A DNA stretch of 33,970 nt from Gammaproteobacteria bacterium (GCA_003540955.1 DPMX01000016.1:1-33970), one strand, 5' to 3'; positions 17,232-26,045 are shown, numbered from the stretch's first letter. Notes: generated by a model not told the origin, from the sequence alone. Numbers and translations: made by a program.

Positions 17232-19289
17232 TTAGGCCTCTATAGGGCGAATAATAATGTTGCCAAAATCGTCTATCTCGCCGGCGTGCCCCGTCAAAAT
17301 CACACTAGTTGAATCCATTTCGGTGATAATCGCCGGACCTTCGATTCGGTTTCCAGACTGAAGCTTGGAGCGGTCGTATATAGTTGCCTCGTAGTCAAAA
17401 CCGTCCATAAAAACATTCTGCCGTGCAATGATCGCGCTCGATGCGTCCGCATCACCTGGTTCTAGCTTTTCGGCCGGCACCATCGTTGCCTTACCTTGTA
17501 CCACCGCACGCAAATTCACGACCTCTTTATCCACATCCAAGGCGAAAGTGAAAAGTTGTTTGTGGGTATCGTCAAATTGCTCGCCGATAGCATCGAGGCC
17601 GTCAGCCTCTAGCGCCTTGATATCGGCATCAACTGTCAACAACAAGCCTTGTCCGTGATAACGCAGATCGGCCTGATAGGTCACGTGCTGGTCCGAGCGC
17701 GGAACGTTCTCTGCGTCGAGACTGGTGGCCGCAGTCTCTGCTAATCCATTTAAGATCTCCGTCACTTCTCCCGCAGTGATATCCCGAAATCGACGAATAA
17801 AGGTGCGCGAGGCTTCGTCACGCACCCGCGTCGTGGCATCCCCAGAAGCACACAAAACGCCCGGACCAGGGGGGATGATAACCGGCCAACTACTCATCAA
17901 TCGTCCCAATGCATTCGCATGGAGCGGACCAGCGCCACCGAAGGCCATGAGGGCAAAATCGCGCGGGTCATAACCTTGTTCTATCGAGACGAGCCGAAGC
18001 GCACCGAACATATTCTCGTTGACGATATCGATTATCCCTGCTGCGGCAATTTTCAACGGCAGCTTTAGGGCATCAGCAATTTTCTCCACGGCGCTCTCAG
18101 CTGACGCACCATCAAGTTGCATATCGCCGCCGAGCAAAGCACTTTTAGGTAGATAACCAAGCACCATATTGGCGTCAGTCACTGTTGGTTCTTTTCCGCC
18201 CTTACCATACGCCGCCGGTCCCGGCTCAGCGCCCGCACTTTGGGGGCCAACTCGCAACGCCCCGGTGAGTTCCGGCACATGAGCTATTGAACCACCGCCC
18301 GCTCCAACTGTACGCACATCGATCGACGAAGCACGCACTGTGACGTCACCCACTGTCGTCTCCCGGCGAGTCTGCGCTTCCCCATCTTGGACCAAAGCGA
18401 CATCAGTTGACGTACCGCCCATATCGATAGTCAATAGATTCGAATACCCCGCCTGTTTAGCGATCCAGACCGCACCTGCAACCCCACCAGCGGGACCACT
18501 CATCAATAAATTAACGGGATATTCCGCCGCAGAGCTCGATGAAGCGAGCCCACCGTCGGAACGCAGCACGTGTAATTTTACGTCGCCCATACGACTTTTA
18601 AGCTCACGGGTTAGATTTTCGATGTAAGTTTGCACACGGGGCCGGACATATGAATTTGCTACGGTGGTCACCGCACGCTCGTATTCCTGCATCTCAGGAA
18701 TGACATCAGATGACAACGATACTGGGATATCTGGCATTACCTCTAACGCAATATCGCGGATCCGTCGCTCATGCGCCGCATTCGCGAACGAGTTGATAAG
18801 GCATACTGTAAGTGCCTCAATCTCGCGCCCTTTTAGGAACTCAAGGCGCTGCCGAAGCGAGTTCTCATCCAACGACCGAACTACGGCTCCATCGGCTCCA
18901 ATACGTTCGTCAGCCTCGACCGTCAATTCTAGCGGTGCCATCGGTTCGCTCTTATTGTAGATTACCCACCCACCGAGACCTCCAGGTACATATGAACGTG
19001 CTATCTGGAGCACCTGGCGAAAACCCTGTGTCGCGACTAAGCCCACTAGGGCACCGGTTCCGGTAAGCACGGTATTGGTAGCCACTGTAGTACCGTGCAT
19101 AACGTGACCTATCTCGCTCGGAACGATACCTGACCTCACACATGCCCGCTCAATCCCATTAAGAACGCCTACGGATGAGTCCTCTGGGGTCGACGGTACC
19201 TTGGCTGTGAAGATTCGGCCGTTATCCTCGTTAACTAAAAATATGTCGGTAAAAGTACCCCCGACATCCACTCCCAGGGTATAGGGCAT
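17232..19289 (-). CDS. hyuA: Hydantoinase A / oxoprolinase family protein (ATP-binding HyuA-type subunit)
   Basis: The N-terminus is MPYTLGVDVGGTFTD (ASKHA-fold phosphate-1 motif). Later LLTIDMGGTSTDV and GFGGAGPLHA-like (FGGAGPLHAN) motifs are present. The protein is 685 aa, and AAGGA lies upstream. Confidence 0.85.
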   Translation of the reverse strand: MPYTLGVDVGGTFTDIFLVNEDNGRIFTAKVPSTPEDSSVGVLNGIERACVRSGIVPSEIGHVMHGTTVATNTVLTGTGALVGLVATQGFRQVLQIARSYVPGGLGGWVIYNKSEPMAPLELTVEADERIGADGAVVRSLDENSLRQRLEFLKGREIEALTVCLINSFANAAHERRIRDIALEVMPDIPVSLSSDVIPEMQEYERAVTTVANSYVRPRVQTYIENLTRELKSRMGDVKLHVLRSDGGLASSSSAAEYPVNLLMSGPAGGVAGAVWIAKQAGYSNLLTIDMGGTSTDVALVQDGEAQTRRETTVGDVTVRASSIDVRTVGAGGGSIAHVPELTGALRVGPQSAGAEPGPAAYGKGGKEPTVTDANMVLGYLPKSALLGGDMQLDGASAESAVEKIADALKLPLKIAAAGIIDIVNENMFGALRLVSIEQGYDPRDFALMAFGGAGPLHANALGRLMSSWPVIIPPGPGVLCASGDATTRVRDEASRTFIRRFRDITAGEVTEILNGLAETAATSLDAENVPRSDQHVTYQADLRYHGQGLLLTVDADIKALEADGLDAIGEQFDDTHKQLFTFALDVDKEVVNLRAVVQGKATMVPAEKLEPGDADASSAIIARQNVFMDGFDYEATIYDRSKLQSGNRIEGPAIITEMDSTSVILTGHAGEIDDFGNIIIRPIEA

Positions 19290-19459
19290 GGGTAATTATC
19301 CTTCTGACATAAGTAAGTAAATTAGACCATGAAGAAGGCCTAAGGTCCCGCATTTTTGGCCCAAGCATGTGCAAAAACCAAAATCTTTGATATAGATTAG
19401 GTATCATAAGAATAGATATTCGAAAACATAGCCGCCTCGAGCGACAAAAGGTCAACGTT

Positions 19460-20638
19460 ATGAGTAACGAAAACAACCCTACCATGCAAGCCGAGCACAA
19501 AGTATCAACCCCTACCAACCACGACGAATTCGCCCGCCAAGAATTTGTCAGATCCTACAAACAATACCTCGTCAAACATGTCCATGGCACCAACCAACTG
19601 GCATATGAGAAACGGGTGAAGCCGAAGATAAAACACGACAAAGGACGTGACCCACAAAACCGTTTCGAGGTTCGTGATGAGATGGTAGCCGACCCGCAGT
19701 ACCAAATGTTTAGCACGCTGTTGCGCACCAGCCAAGAAATGATGTGGTCTTCATGCCAAATCCCAGTGCAGCGCAACCTAAAAGATTTAAACAAAAAGAT
19801 AAATAAAAGACAGAAAACGACATTAGGTTCATTGCGGCTAGATCCGGAACTTAAAACACCTGGGTATCACACGGCAGTCGATATCCACTGTATGCCCGGC
19901 GGCTATCACAGCGAATTTGACAAAAACGATGCTTCCGCAGGCATGGTCTATGACCGAGCGGTGCATATCTATGCAATGGGGCAGATGGGTCCTTACAACG
20001 ACGACATCGGTGCAAGCATCGCACTTTGGTTGAAAGAGAATCATCCAAAATTTCAACCGGTCAAGATCCTCGACCTTGGCTGCTCGGTTGGTAATAGTAC
20101 GGTACCCTACGTTGACACGTTCCCAAAAGCGGAGGTATACGCGTTAGACGTAGCGGCGCCCATGCTCAGATATGGTCATGCCCGGGCAGAAGATATGGGT
20201 AGGAAAATCCATTTCTCACAACAAAATGCCGAGTCGACAGACTTCGAAGACGAATCTTTTGATCTAATCGTGTCACATATTTTACTACATGAAACTTCCA
20301 ACAAAGCAATCAAAAATATAATAAGCGAGTGCCATCGCCTTCTTAAAAAAGACGGCATGATGGTTCACGCCGAAACTCCACAATACAAAGGAATGGATCC
20401 GTTTGACGCTTTTATGCTCGATTGGGACACACGTAACAATAACGAACCGTTTTGGGCAGGATCTCATGAGATCGACCTCGGGCAACTATCACGAGAAGGT
20501 GGCTTCGATCCGGACAAGAATTTCGAAACGATGATCCCCAGCGCCTTCCAAGTCGCCGAAGCTAAGCGTTCGCTCACTTTCCAAGGTGGCGACTTCGGTG
20601 GAGGCGGTTTCTGGTTCGTCTATGGCAACAAAAAATAG
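19460..20638 (+). CDS. Class I SAM-dependent methyltransferase with an unrecognised ~190-aa N-terminal region
   Basis: The Rossmann MTase motifs lie in the C-terminal half: ILDLGCSVGNST (motif I), VYALDVAAPML (post-I), FDLIVSHILLHE (II) and LLKKDGMMVH (III). Residues 1-190 match no family I can name. Confidence 0.7.
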   Translation: MSNENNPTMQAEHKVSTPTNHDEFARQEFVRSYKQYLVKHVHGTNQLAYEKRVKPKIKHDKGRDPQNRFEVRDEMVADPQYQMFSTLLRTSQEMMWSSCQIPVQRNLKDLNKKINKRQKTTLGSLRLDPELKTPGYHTAVDIHCMPGGYHSEFDKNDASAGMVYDRAVHIYAMGQMGPYNDDIGASIALWLKENHPKFQPVKILDLGCSVGNSTVPYVDTFPKAEVYALDVAAPMLRYGHARAEDMGRKIHFSQQNAESTDFEDESFDLIVSHILLHETSNKAIKNIISECHRLLKKDGMMVHAETPQYKGMDPFDAFMLDWDTRNNNEPFWAGSHEIDLGQLSREGGFDPDKNFETMIPSAFQVAEAKRSLTFQGGDFGGGGFWFVYGNKK

Positions 20639-20994
20639 TGGCGAGCACCATGTCGAAATTACAACGCAAGGCCCGAGGCGAACGCCCCACGTTCTTTCAA
20701 GACCCAAACATCGACAAGGTTATCGCGATGGTTATGGGTCTTGCTGGAGAGGTTGCCGTGCTGCGCGACCGTCTGGACACGATCGAACACCTTCTAGAAA
20801 AAAAAGCTGGGATAAAGCGCTCGGAAATAGATGACTATAAGCCGAGCGAAACGGTGTCGGCGAGGCGAGCGGCGTGGCGGGAGCAATTTTTAGGGGAAGT
20901 GCTGCGGATCGTAGAGATAGAGAAAGAGGCTTTAGGAAGTGAGGATGGGCAACCCTATGACTCTGCGGTTGCCTTAGTGGAAGAAGAGAAATAA
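20638..20994 (+). CDS. Small hypothetical protein (114-118 aa), helical/coiled-coil-like; no family recognised
   Basis: The ORF follows the methyltransferase directly. A GTG at 20638 shares one base with the TAG stop; an alternative ATG lies at 20650. The composition looks coding, for example FFQDPNIDKVIAMVMGLAGEVAVLRDRLDTIEHLLEKK. No competing ORF occupies this interval. Confidence 0.5.
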   Translation: MASTMSKLQRKARGERPTFFQDPNIDKVIAMVMGLAGEVAVLRDRLDTIEHLLEKKAGIKRSEIDDYKPSETVSARRAAWREQFLGEVLRIVEIEKEALGSEDGQPYDSAVALVEEEK

Positions 20995-21033
20995 AGCCAC
21001 AGTTTTAAATCAAAAGCCATTAAGCGAGACTGC

Positions 21034-21063
21034 AACGTCTATATCTGCCAGTAACGTTTATAT
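21034..21063 (+). repeat. Imperfect 11-nt direct repeat AACGTYTATAT, two copies with 19-nt periodicity, upstream of the first LLM gene
   Basis: AACGTCTATAT (21034-21044) and AACGTTTATAT (21053-21063) lie about 150 nt upstream of the ATG at 21214. Confidence 0.25.
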
Positions 21064-21213
21064 GGAAAGTCGCAGCGGTCGCGTAACAAACGCATCTGAA
21101 CGACCCTAGTTATGTTCGGTCATCGCATGCGCAGTTATAGCAAGCCCGCCGTTGCGATGAAATCATCTTCAACGTGATCCTAATTCACTAAATAACAGAC
21201 TCTGGAGGGATAG

Positions 21214-22074
21214 ATGGACTTCGGTGTATTCAGTTACAACACGAATTACGTGATGCAACCAATCGAATTGGCGCAAGCTCTCGAAGAGCGTGGGTTTGAA
21301 TCGTTGTGGATAGGCGAACACACGCATATCCCCGCAAGCCGAAAAACCCCGTATCCCTTGGGAGGGGAATTACCCCGAGTCTACGTTGACATGATGGATC
21401 CTTTTATCGCGCTGGGTGCCGCAGCCGCTGTCACGAAAAAATTGAAACTCGGGACAGGCGTATGTCTGGTCAATCAGCGAGACGTAATCACTTTAGCAAA
21501 AGAGGTTGCGACGTTAGACATACTGTCTGAAGGTCGGGTATTGTTTGGGATCGGTGGCGGTTGGAACCAAGAGGAAATGGAAAACCACGGCACACCGTTC
21601 GAGCATCGCTTTCGAATATTGCGCGAGAAAATCGAAGCGCTAAAGACGCTGTGGATGGATGACGAGTCAACCTACAAGGGCCGATATGTCTCATTCGACC
21701 GTGTATGGATGTATCCGAAGCCGATCCAAAAACCCTATCCGCCAATTCTGGGTGGTTTTTTCAGTGAATCTGGACGCAAGCGCGTCGTACGCTATTGTGA
21801 CGGGTGGATGCCGAACTTCGCTGCGATGGAAGACGCAGATATAGATACAGCATTCGCAAGTTTGCGACAACAAATGGACGAGGCAGGTCGCGATCCAGCA
21901 AGCCTTAGCCTTGGAATGTGGACCTTACCAGATGAAATGCCCAGTGAAGCAAAACTGGAAGCGTTTAAAGCCGCAGGCGTACAAAGAGTAATATTGTTCG
22001 TCCCAATTGGGCGCAGCGACAAAGTGCTTCCGTTCCTCGATCACTATGCTAAATTGATTCCAAAACTTGATTAG
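21214..22074 (+). CDS. Luciferase-like monooxygenase (LLM) family oxidoreductase, 286-aa 'EHTHIP' subfamily, which database labels usually call probable F420-dependent
   Basis: FESLWIGEHTHIP, MDPFIALGAAAA, FGIGGGWNQEEMENHG and YPKPIQKPYPPIL are present. It resembles the Rv2161c-type LLM family as I recall it. GGAGGG lies upstream. Confidence 0.7.
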   Translation: MDFGVFSYNTNYVMQPIELAQALEERGFESLWIGEHTHIPASRKTPYPLGGELPRVYVDMMDPFIALGAAAAVTKKLKLGTGVCLVNQRDVITLAKEVATLDILSEGRVLFGIGGGWNQEEMENHGTPFEHRFRILREKIEALKTLWMDDESTYKGRYVSFDRVWMYPKPIQKPYPPILGGFFSESGRKRVVRYCDGWMPNFAAMEDADIDTAFASLRQQMDEAGRDPASLSLGMWTLPDEMPSEAKLEAFKAAGVQRVILFVPIGRSDKVLPFLDHYAKLIPKLD

Positions 22075-22196
22075 TGGGAGAATCTATATGGGCGCGCAGT
22101 TGCCGGGAGCGTTTGCTGTGGCATTTAACCATCTTGAACTAATATAAAAAATATCAAGAAACAAACGCATAGCGCTTCCCATACGTTCTTAGATTT

Positions 22197-22712
22197 TTAA
22201 CCGATCTCACATGTTTGCAGATGCAGGCTCTGCCAACGACCATCGCGCTTTATCCAGGTGCCTGTGAAACGAAGCTCAACACCCCGCCCATACTTTTCGC
22301 GCATGCCAGGACTAACTAACGGATCATCCGCAGGGAAATCACCTTTACCCATATAGCGTCCATGCGATAAAACTACTTCTCCATAGAGGCGGCTTGTAAC
22401 CTCATACAGTTTGTATTCACTACTCCCCGATAGGTTCGCGATGTCAATAATCTCTTCGCGCGTCGCCTTGCCGCCCCCAGCAGAGAAATAATAGAACTCA
22501 TCAGCTAAGTTATTTTTATACCAATCATCGTCATGGACAGTTGCGGCCGTCATCCAGTCTTCATAAAGGAGTTCTATTTCCTTTTGTACATCTACTTCGG
22601 TCATGTCAACGGTCGTCTCAATTGCCTCAGAATTGGGGACCTTCGAAACTAGTCCTACACCGGCGGCGGCAAGGCCTAGTTTTAATGCATCTCGCCTTTT
22701 CGACATTTTCAT
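22197..22712 (-). CDS. NTF2-like (SnoaL/DUF4440-type) protein with a twin-arginine signal peptide
   Basis: The N-terminus MKMSKRRDALKLGLAAAGVGLVSKVPNSEA has a Tat-like S-K-R-R-D-A-L-K motif, a hydrophobic core and an A-x-A-like SEA site. The mature ~140 aa have an NTF2-like size and pattern. The start is either ATG 22712 or ATG 22706. Confidence 0.55.
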   Translation of the reverse strand: MKMSKRRDALKLGLAAAGVGLVSKVPNSEAIETTVDMTEVDVQKEIELLYEDWMTAATVHDDDWYKNNLADEFYYFSAGGGKATREEIIDIANLSGSSEYKLYEVTSRLYGEVVLSHGRYMGKGDFPADDPLVSPGMREKYGRGVELRFTGTWIKRDGRWQSLHLQTCEIG

Positions 22713-22890
22713 ACTCCTCTCAACTACAGCAAAATATTAAGTTTCGATAATGTTTTAGAGCTAGATATCCTTTTACTCGATAATGATACTATCTACAACA
22801 CTGCCCGCGAACCGTGATTGAGAAAAAATAGAAGAATTCTGGGTTAAAGTAAAAATGAGTTGAACAGGGACACGCAGTTGGGGAATTACA

Positions 22891-23673
22891 ATGGACCTTA
22901 AATTACAAGGTAAACACGCACTCATAACCGGTGCGAGCAAAGGAATTGGAAAGGCGGTAGCCGAAGCGCTAGCAGCGGAGGGCTGCAATGTCGCACTAGC
23001 CGCTCGTGGAGAAAAAAGCCTCGAAGAACTTGCTGGAGTAATTAGAGAAAAATGGCAGGTCACCGCAACCACTCACCTAGTCGACCTATCGAAATCTAGC
23101 GAGCAGAACCGTTTGGTAGATGAATGCAGGGATATCAACATCCTGATCAACAATGCTGGAGCTATTCCAGCCGGTGAGCTCGACGAATTTGAGGAAGAAG
23201 CGTGGCGTGAAGCGTGGGATTTAAAAGTATTTGGCTATATCAACCTCTGTAGATCTTTTTTTCGTGAGATGAAAACGATCGGCGATGGGGTCATCATCAA
23301 TGTCATCGGCACATCAGGTCAACGGATGAATCCAATGTATATCGGAGGTAGTGTGGGTAACGCATCTCTGATGGCGTTATCACGCGCATTGGGTTCGCGG
23401 TCTACCGATTTCGGCATACGTGTCCTCGCAGTGAACCCCGGTATGACAGCCACCGACCGTGCGCGCTGCATGTTACAAAAGTGGAGCGAACAAAAATTCG
23501 GAACCCCAGATCGGTGGGAAGAATTTCTAGTTGAGATGAATCTTCCGTTTGGCCGTATGGGTGAACCAAGCGAAGTTGCCGATTTAGTTGCCTTCGCAGC
23601 ATCGCCACGTGCAAGCTATATTAGCGGAACAGTGCTAACTATCGACGGTGGCGCGAGCGATCGGAATCACTAA
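22891..23673 (+). CDS. Short-chain dehydrogenase/reductase (SDR) family protein, atypical active site
   Basis: ITGASKGIGKAV (TGxxxGxG), NNAG and the C-terminal TIDGG are present. No YxxxK occurs anywhere in the protein. Confidence 0.75.
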   Translation: MDLKLQGKHALITGASKGIGKAVAEALAAEGCNVALAARGEKSLEELAGVIREKWQVTATTHLVDLSKSSEQNRLVDECRDINILINNAGAIPAGELDEFEEEAWREAWDLKVFGYINLCRSFFREMKTIGDGVIINVIGTSGQRMNPMYIGGSVGNASLMALSRALGSRSTDFGIRVLAVNPGMTATDRARCMLQKWSEQKFGTPDRWEEFLVEMNLPFGRMGEPSEVADLVAFAASPRASYISGTVLTIDGGASDRNH

Positions 23674-23727
23674 AAGACGGCGTCCCCGATAAACAACTCC
23701 CTGCGCACTTCTGTTCGTCGCTCATCG

Positions 23728-24921
23728 CTAACATTTAGCAAGTCTCAGCTCAGCCAATATTTCCTCGCTATGCTCTCCTAAAAGTGGAGCCGAGCTTCTA
23801 ATCTTTCCTGGAGTCATAGATAGTTTAATGGGCAACCCAAGCAAATGCTGAGTGCCCGCCTGAGCGTGGGCCATCGGAATGAACATGTCACGCGCAACAG
23901 TGTGTTCGTTGGCAAACACCTCATCATAGGTCCGCACGGGTCCAGCCGGGATCCCGGCCTCAGATAATGCTTGTTCCCAATAAATCGTGTTTTTTTCGAC
24001 GAAATATGATGTTAGTTCTTGCGCAAGCACGTAGGAGTTCGCCACTCTTTTTGGATTATCCTTAAAACGTTCGTCGCTCCGCAGTTCATCGGCCTGCAGC
24101 ACGTCACATAACCGCCCCCATAAGCGCTGCGTCGCCGCGCCGACCGTGATCCAACCATCTTGAGTTTTGAATACTTGATAGGGCGCTGCCCCGCGATGTG
24201 CCTGACCCAGTCGTTTCGGAGCCTGGCCGGTTGCATTAAAGCCAGCGGCTTCGTATACACCGAATGACATCGCAGCTTCAAACAGCGAAGTGTCCACCAA
24301 CTGACCTTGACCAGTTGTTGCGCGCACATTTAGCGCTGCCAAGATTCCAATCGATGCGTATAGACCACCGCACATATCCGAGATCGCAACCGGCAATCGC
24401 ATAGGTGGGCCACTCACTTCCCCACAAATCGACATGAGTCCCGACATCGCTTGCGCCATAAGATCGAAACCGCCACGGTTGCTATAGGGCCCAGTCTGAC
24501 CAAATCCTGAAATGGAGCAATATATGAGTCGTCGATTCCGCGCCCGCAATCTCTCGTAACCGAGGCCTAACCGATCTAATGTACCTGGTCGGAAGTTCTC
24601 GACAACCACATCCGCGCCATCACACAAAAGTTGTGCTTTCTCAAGATCCGTCGACAACTTTAAATCAAGCACTATACTTCGTTTATTGCGGTTTATTTGC
24701 ATAAACGTCGCGCTTTCTCCCCCGACCAACGGATGGATATGGCGAGCATCATCTCCCCTACCCGGTCGTTCGACCTTAATCACGTCAGCACCCATATCGC
24801 CGAGCAACATCGTGCAAAAAGGACCAGAGATGTGCGATGTAAAATCAATGATTCGGATATCTTCTAAGGCTTCGTTCATGAGAGAATGTCCAATAAGGGT
24901 TTGTTTGGCAGGGGTAGACAC
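23728..24921 (-). CDS. Family III (CaiB/BaiF/Frc-type) CoA-transferase
   Basis: IRIIDFTSHISGPFCTMLLGDMGADVIKVE, ENFRPG and GGFDLMAQAMSGLMS (catalytic Asp context) are present. The start is ambiguous between GTG 24921 and ATG 24879. Confidence 0.8.
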   Translation of the reverse strand: MSTPAKQTLIGHSLMNEALEDIRIIDFTSHISGPFCTMLLGDMGADVIKVERPGRGDDARHIHPLVGGESATFMQINRNKRSIVLDLKLSTDLEKAQLLCDGADVVVENFRPGTLDRLGLGYERLRARNRRLIYCSISGFGQTGPYSNRGGFDLMAQAMSGLMSICGEVSGPPMRLPVAISDMCGGLYASIGILAALNVRATTGQGQLVDTSLFEAAMSFGVYEAAGFNATGQAPKRLGQAHRGAAPYQVFKTQDGWITVGAATQRLWGRLCDVLQADELRSDERFKDNPKRVANSYVLAQELTSYFVEKNTIYWEQALSEAGIPAGPVRTYDEVFANEHTVARDMFIPMAHAQAGTQHLLGLPIKLSMTPGKIRSSAPLLGEHSEEILAELRLAKC

Positions 24922-25030
24922 TGAGTCACAATTAGCTGCCTAGATCAAGCACAAGATTGAACAATTAGATTGCTTATAATCAAAACTTCCGTGGTTACTA
25001 TGGTTGAAACGATGTCGACGTCGAGGTGCA

Positions 25031-26041
25031 ATGTTCATAGAGGTTATTAAGCCGGGACCTTTAAGTTCTATTCAGGACGGCGGTCGCCTAGGGTACCTTC
25101 ACACGGGTCTTGCGCCCGCAGGACCAATGGATCATCTGTCCCTACGCATAGCAAGCCTTTTGGTTGGCAACGAAATCCCGCCGCCACTATTTTGCGGCGG
25201 CTCACGTGGAGATGCTGGTTTCGAATTTACATTGCTCGGTCCAACGATAAAGTTTCACGCAGACACGATAATCGCCCTAGCTGGCGCGGAAATGCCTGCA
25301 TCACTAGATGGTACGGAGGTGCCCTACTACGAGAGCGTGCCGATATCCGCCGGCAACACTCTTTCGCTGGGTGCAGCCCGCAGAGGAGCACGAACTTATC
25401 TAGCCGTTGCTGGAGGCTTAGATGTCACGCCGGTGCTTGGCTCTAGATCGGAAAATCTGTTTTCATCGCGAGGGCCTTTCGGAAGAGCTTTAAAAAGAGA
25501 TGACTCGATACCGATCCGTGACCTTTCAGAGCTGGACGAGCGACGTTCACACATCCGTTTCGATCGATCCCGACTTACTAAATTTGGTGGAGAAAGAGTA
25601 CTCCGAGTGGTTATGGGGCCGCAGCACGAAGTATTTACTGAAAAAAGCCTCACGGATTTCACTAACGAAACTTGGAAGTTGAGCACCCAAGCAAATCGAA
25701 CCGGTTTGAGATTTCATGGGCCGAAACTCGAGTTCGGGCCGCGGCCCACCTATCTAGTGCGCGACGCTGGCGCAGATCCATCAAACATCGTCGATGACAT
25801 CATCCCAGTTGGTGGCATCCAATGTCCGAGCGGAATTGAAGCAATCGTGATGGGTACTGAGAATCCGACCGTTGGCGGGTTTGCAAAAATCGCGACGGTG
25901 ATATCAACCGATATAGCAACCGCTGGACAGATGCAGCCGGGCGACATAGCGCGTTTCAAGCCTGTGAGCGTCGACAAAGCACTCGAGCTTGCCGAAGCCG
26001 CTGCAGCACTAGTCGGAACCCATAACATTATCAGCGGCTAA
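25031..26041 (+). CDS. KipA/PxpC-type protein (allophanate hydrolase subunit 2 / 5-oxoprolinase subunit C family)
   Basis: MFIEVIKPGPLSSIQDGGRLGYLHTGLAPAGPMDHLSLRIASLLVGNE, TYLAVAGGLDV and SNIVDD..PVGGIQ are collinear with E. coli YbgK/PxpC from memory. The start is at the ATG after GAGG; the track start is 25004. Confidence 0.75.
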   Translation: MFIEVIKPGPLSSIQDGGRLGYLHTGLAPAGPMDHLSLRIASLLVGNEIPPPLFCGGSRGDAGFEFTLLGPTIKFHADTIIALAGAEMPASLDGTEVPYYESVPISAGNTLSLGAARRGARTYLAVAGGLDVTPVLGSRSENLFSSRGPFGRALKRDDSIPIRDLSELDERRSHIRFDRSRLTKFGGERVLRVVMGPQHEVFTEKSLTDFTNETWKLSTQANRTGLRFHGPKLEFGPRPTYLVRDAGADPSNIVDDIIPVGGIQCPSGIEAIVMGTENPTVGGFAKIATVISTDIATAGQMQPGDIARFKPVSVDKALELAEAAAALVGTHNIISG

Positions 26042-26045
26042 TGGG

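Noticed and set aside
17428-19066. Series of 76-98-aa plus-strand ORFs (17428, 17725, 18340, 18664, 18812) and a minus-strand alternate-frame ORF inside hyuA
   Set aside because: All are nested in a 685-aa gene with strong family motifs. Their Ser/Ala/Arg/Pro-rich products are typical antisense or off-frame artefacts of GC-biased third positions.
22773-23072. 99-aa minus-strand ORF covering the spacer and the 5' end of the SDR gene
   Set aside because: It is antisense to the SDR cofactor-binding motif region, has Ser/Ala/Pro-rich composition and no RBS.
24012-24329. 105-aa alternate-frame ORF on the same strand inside the CoA-transferase gene
   Set aside because: The main frame is continuous and family-collinear across this interval, so there is no evidence of a frameshift or nested gene.
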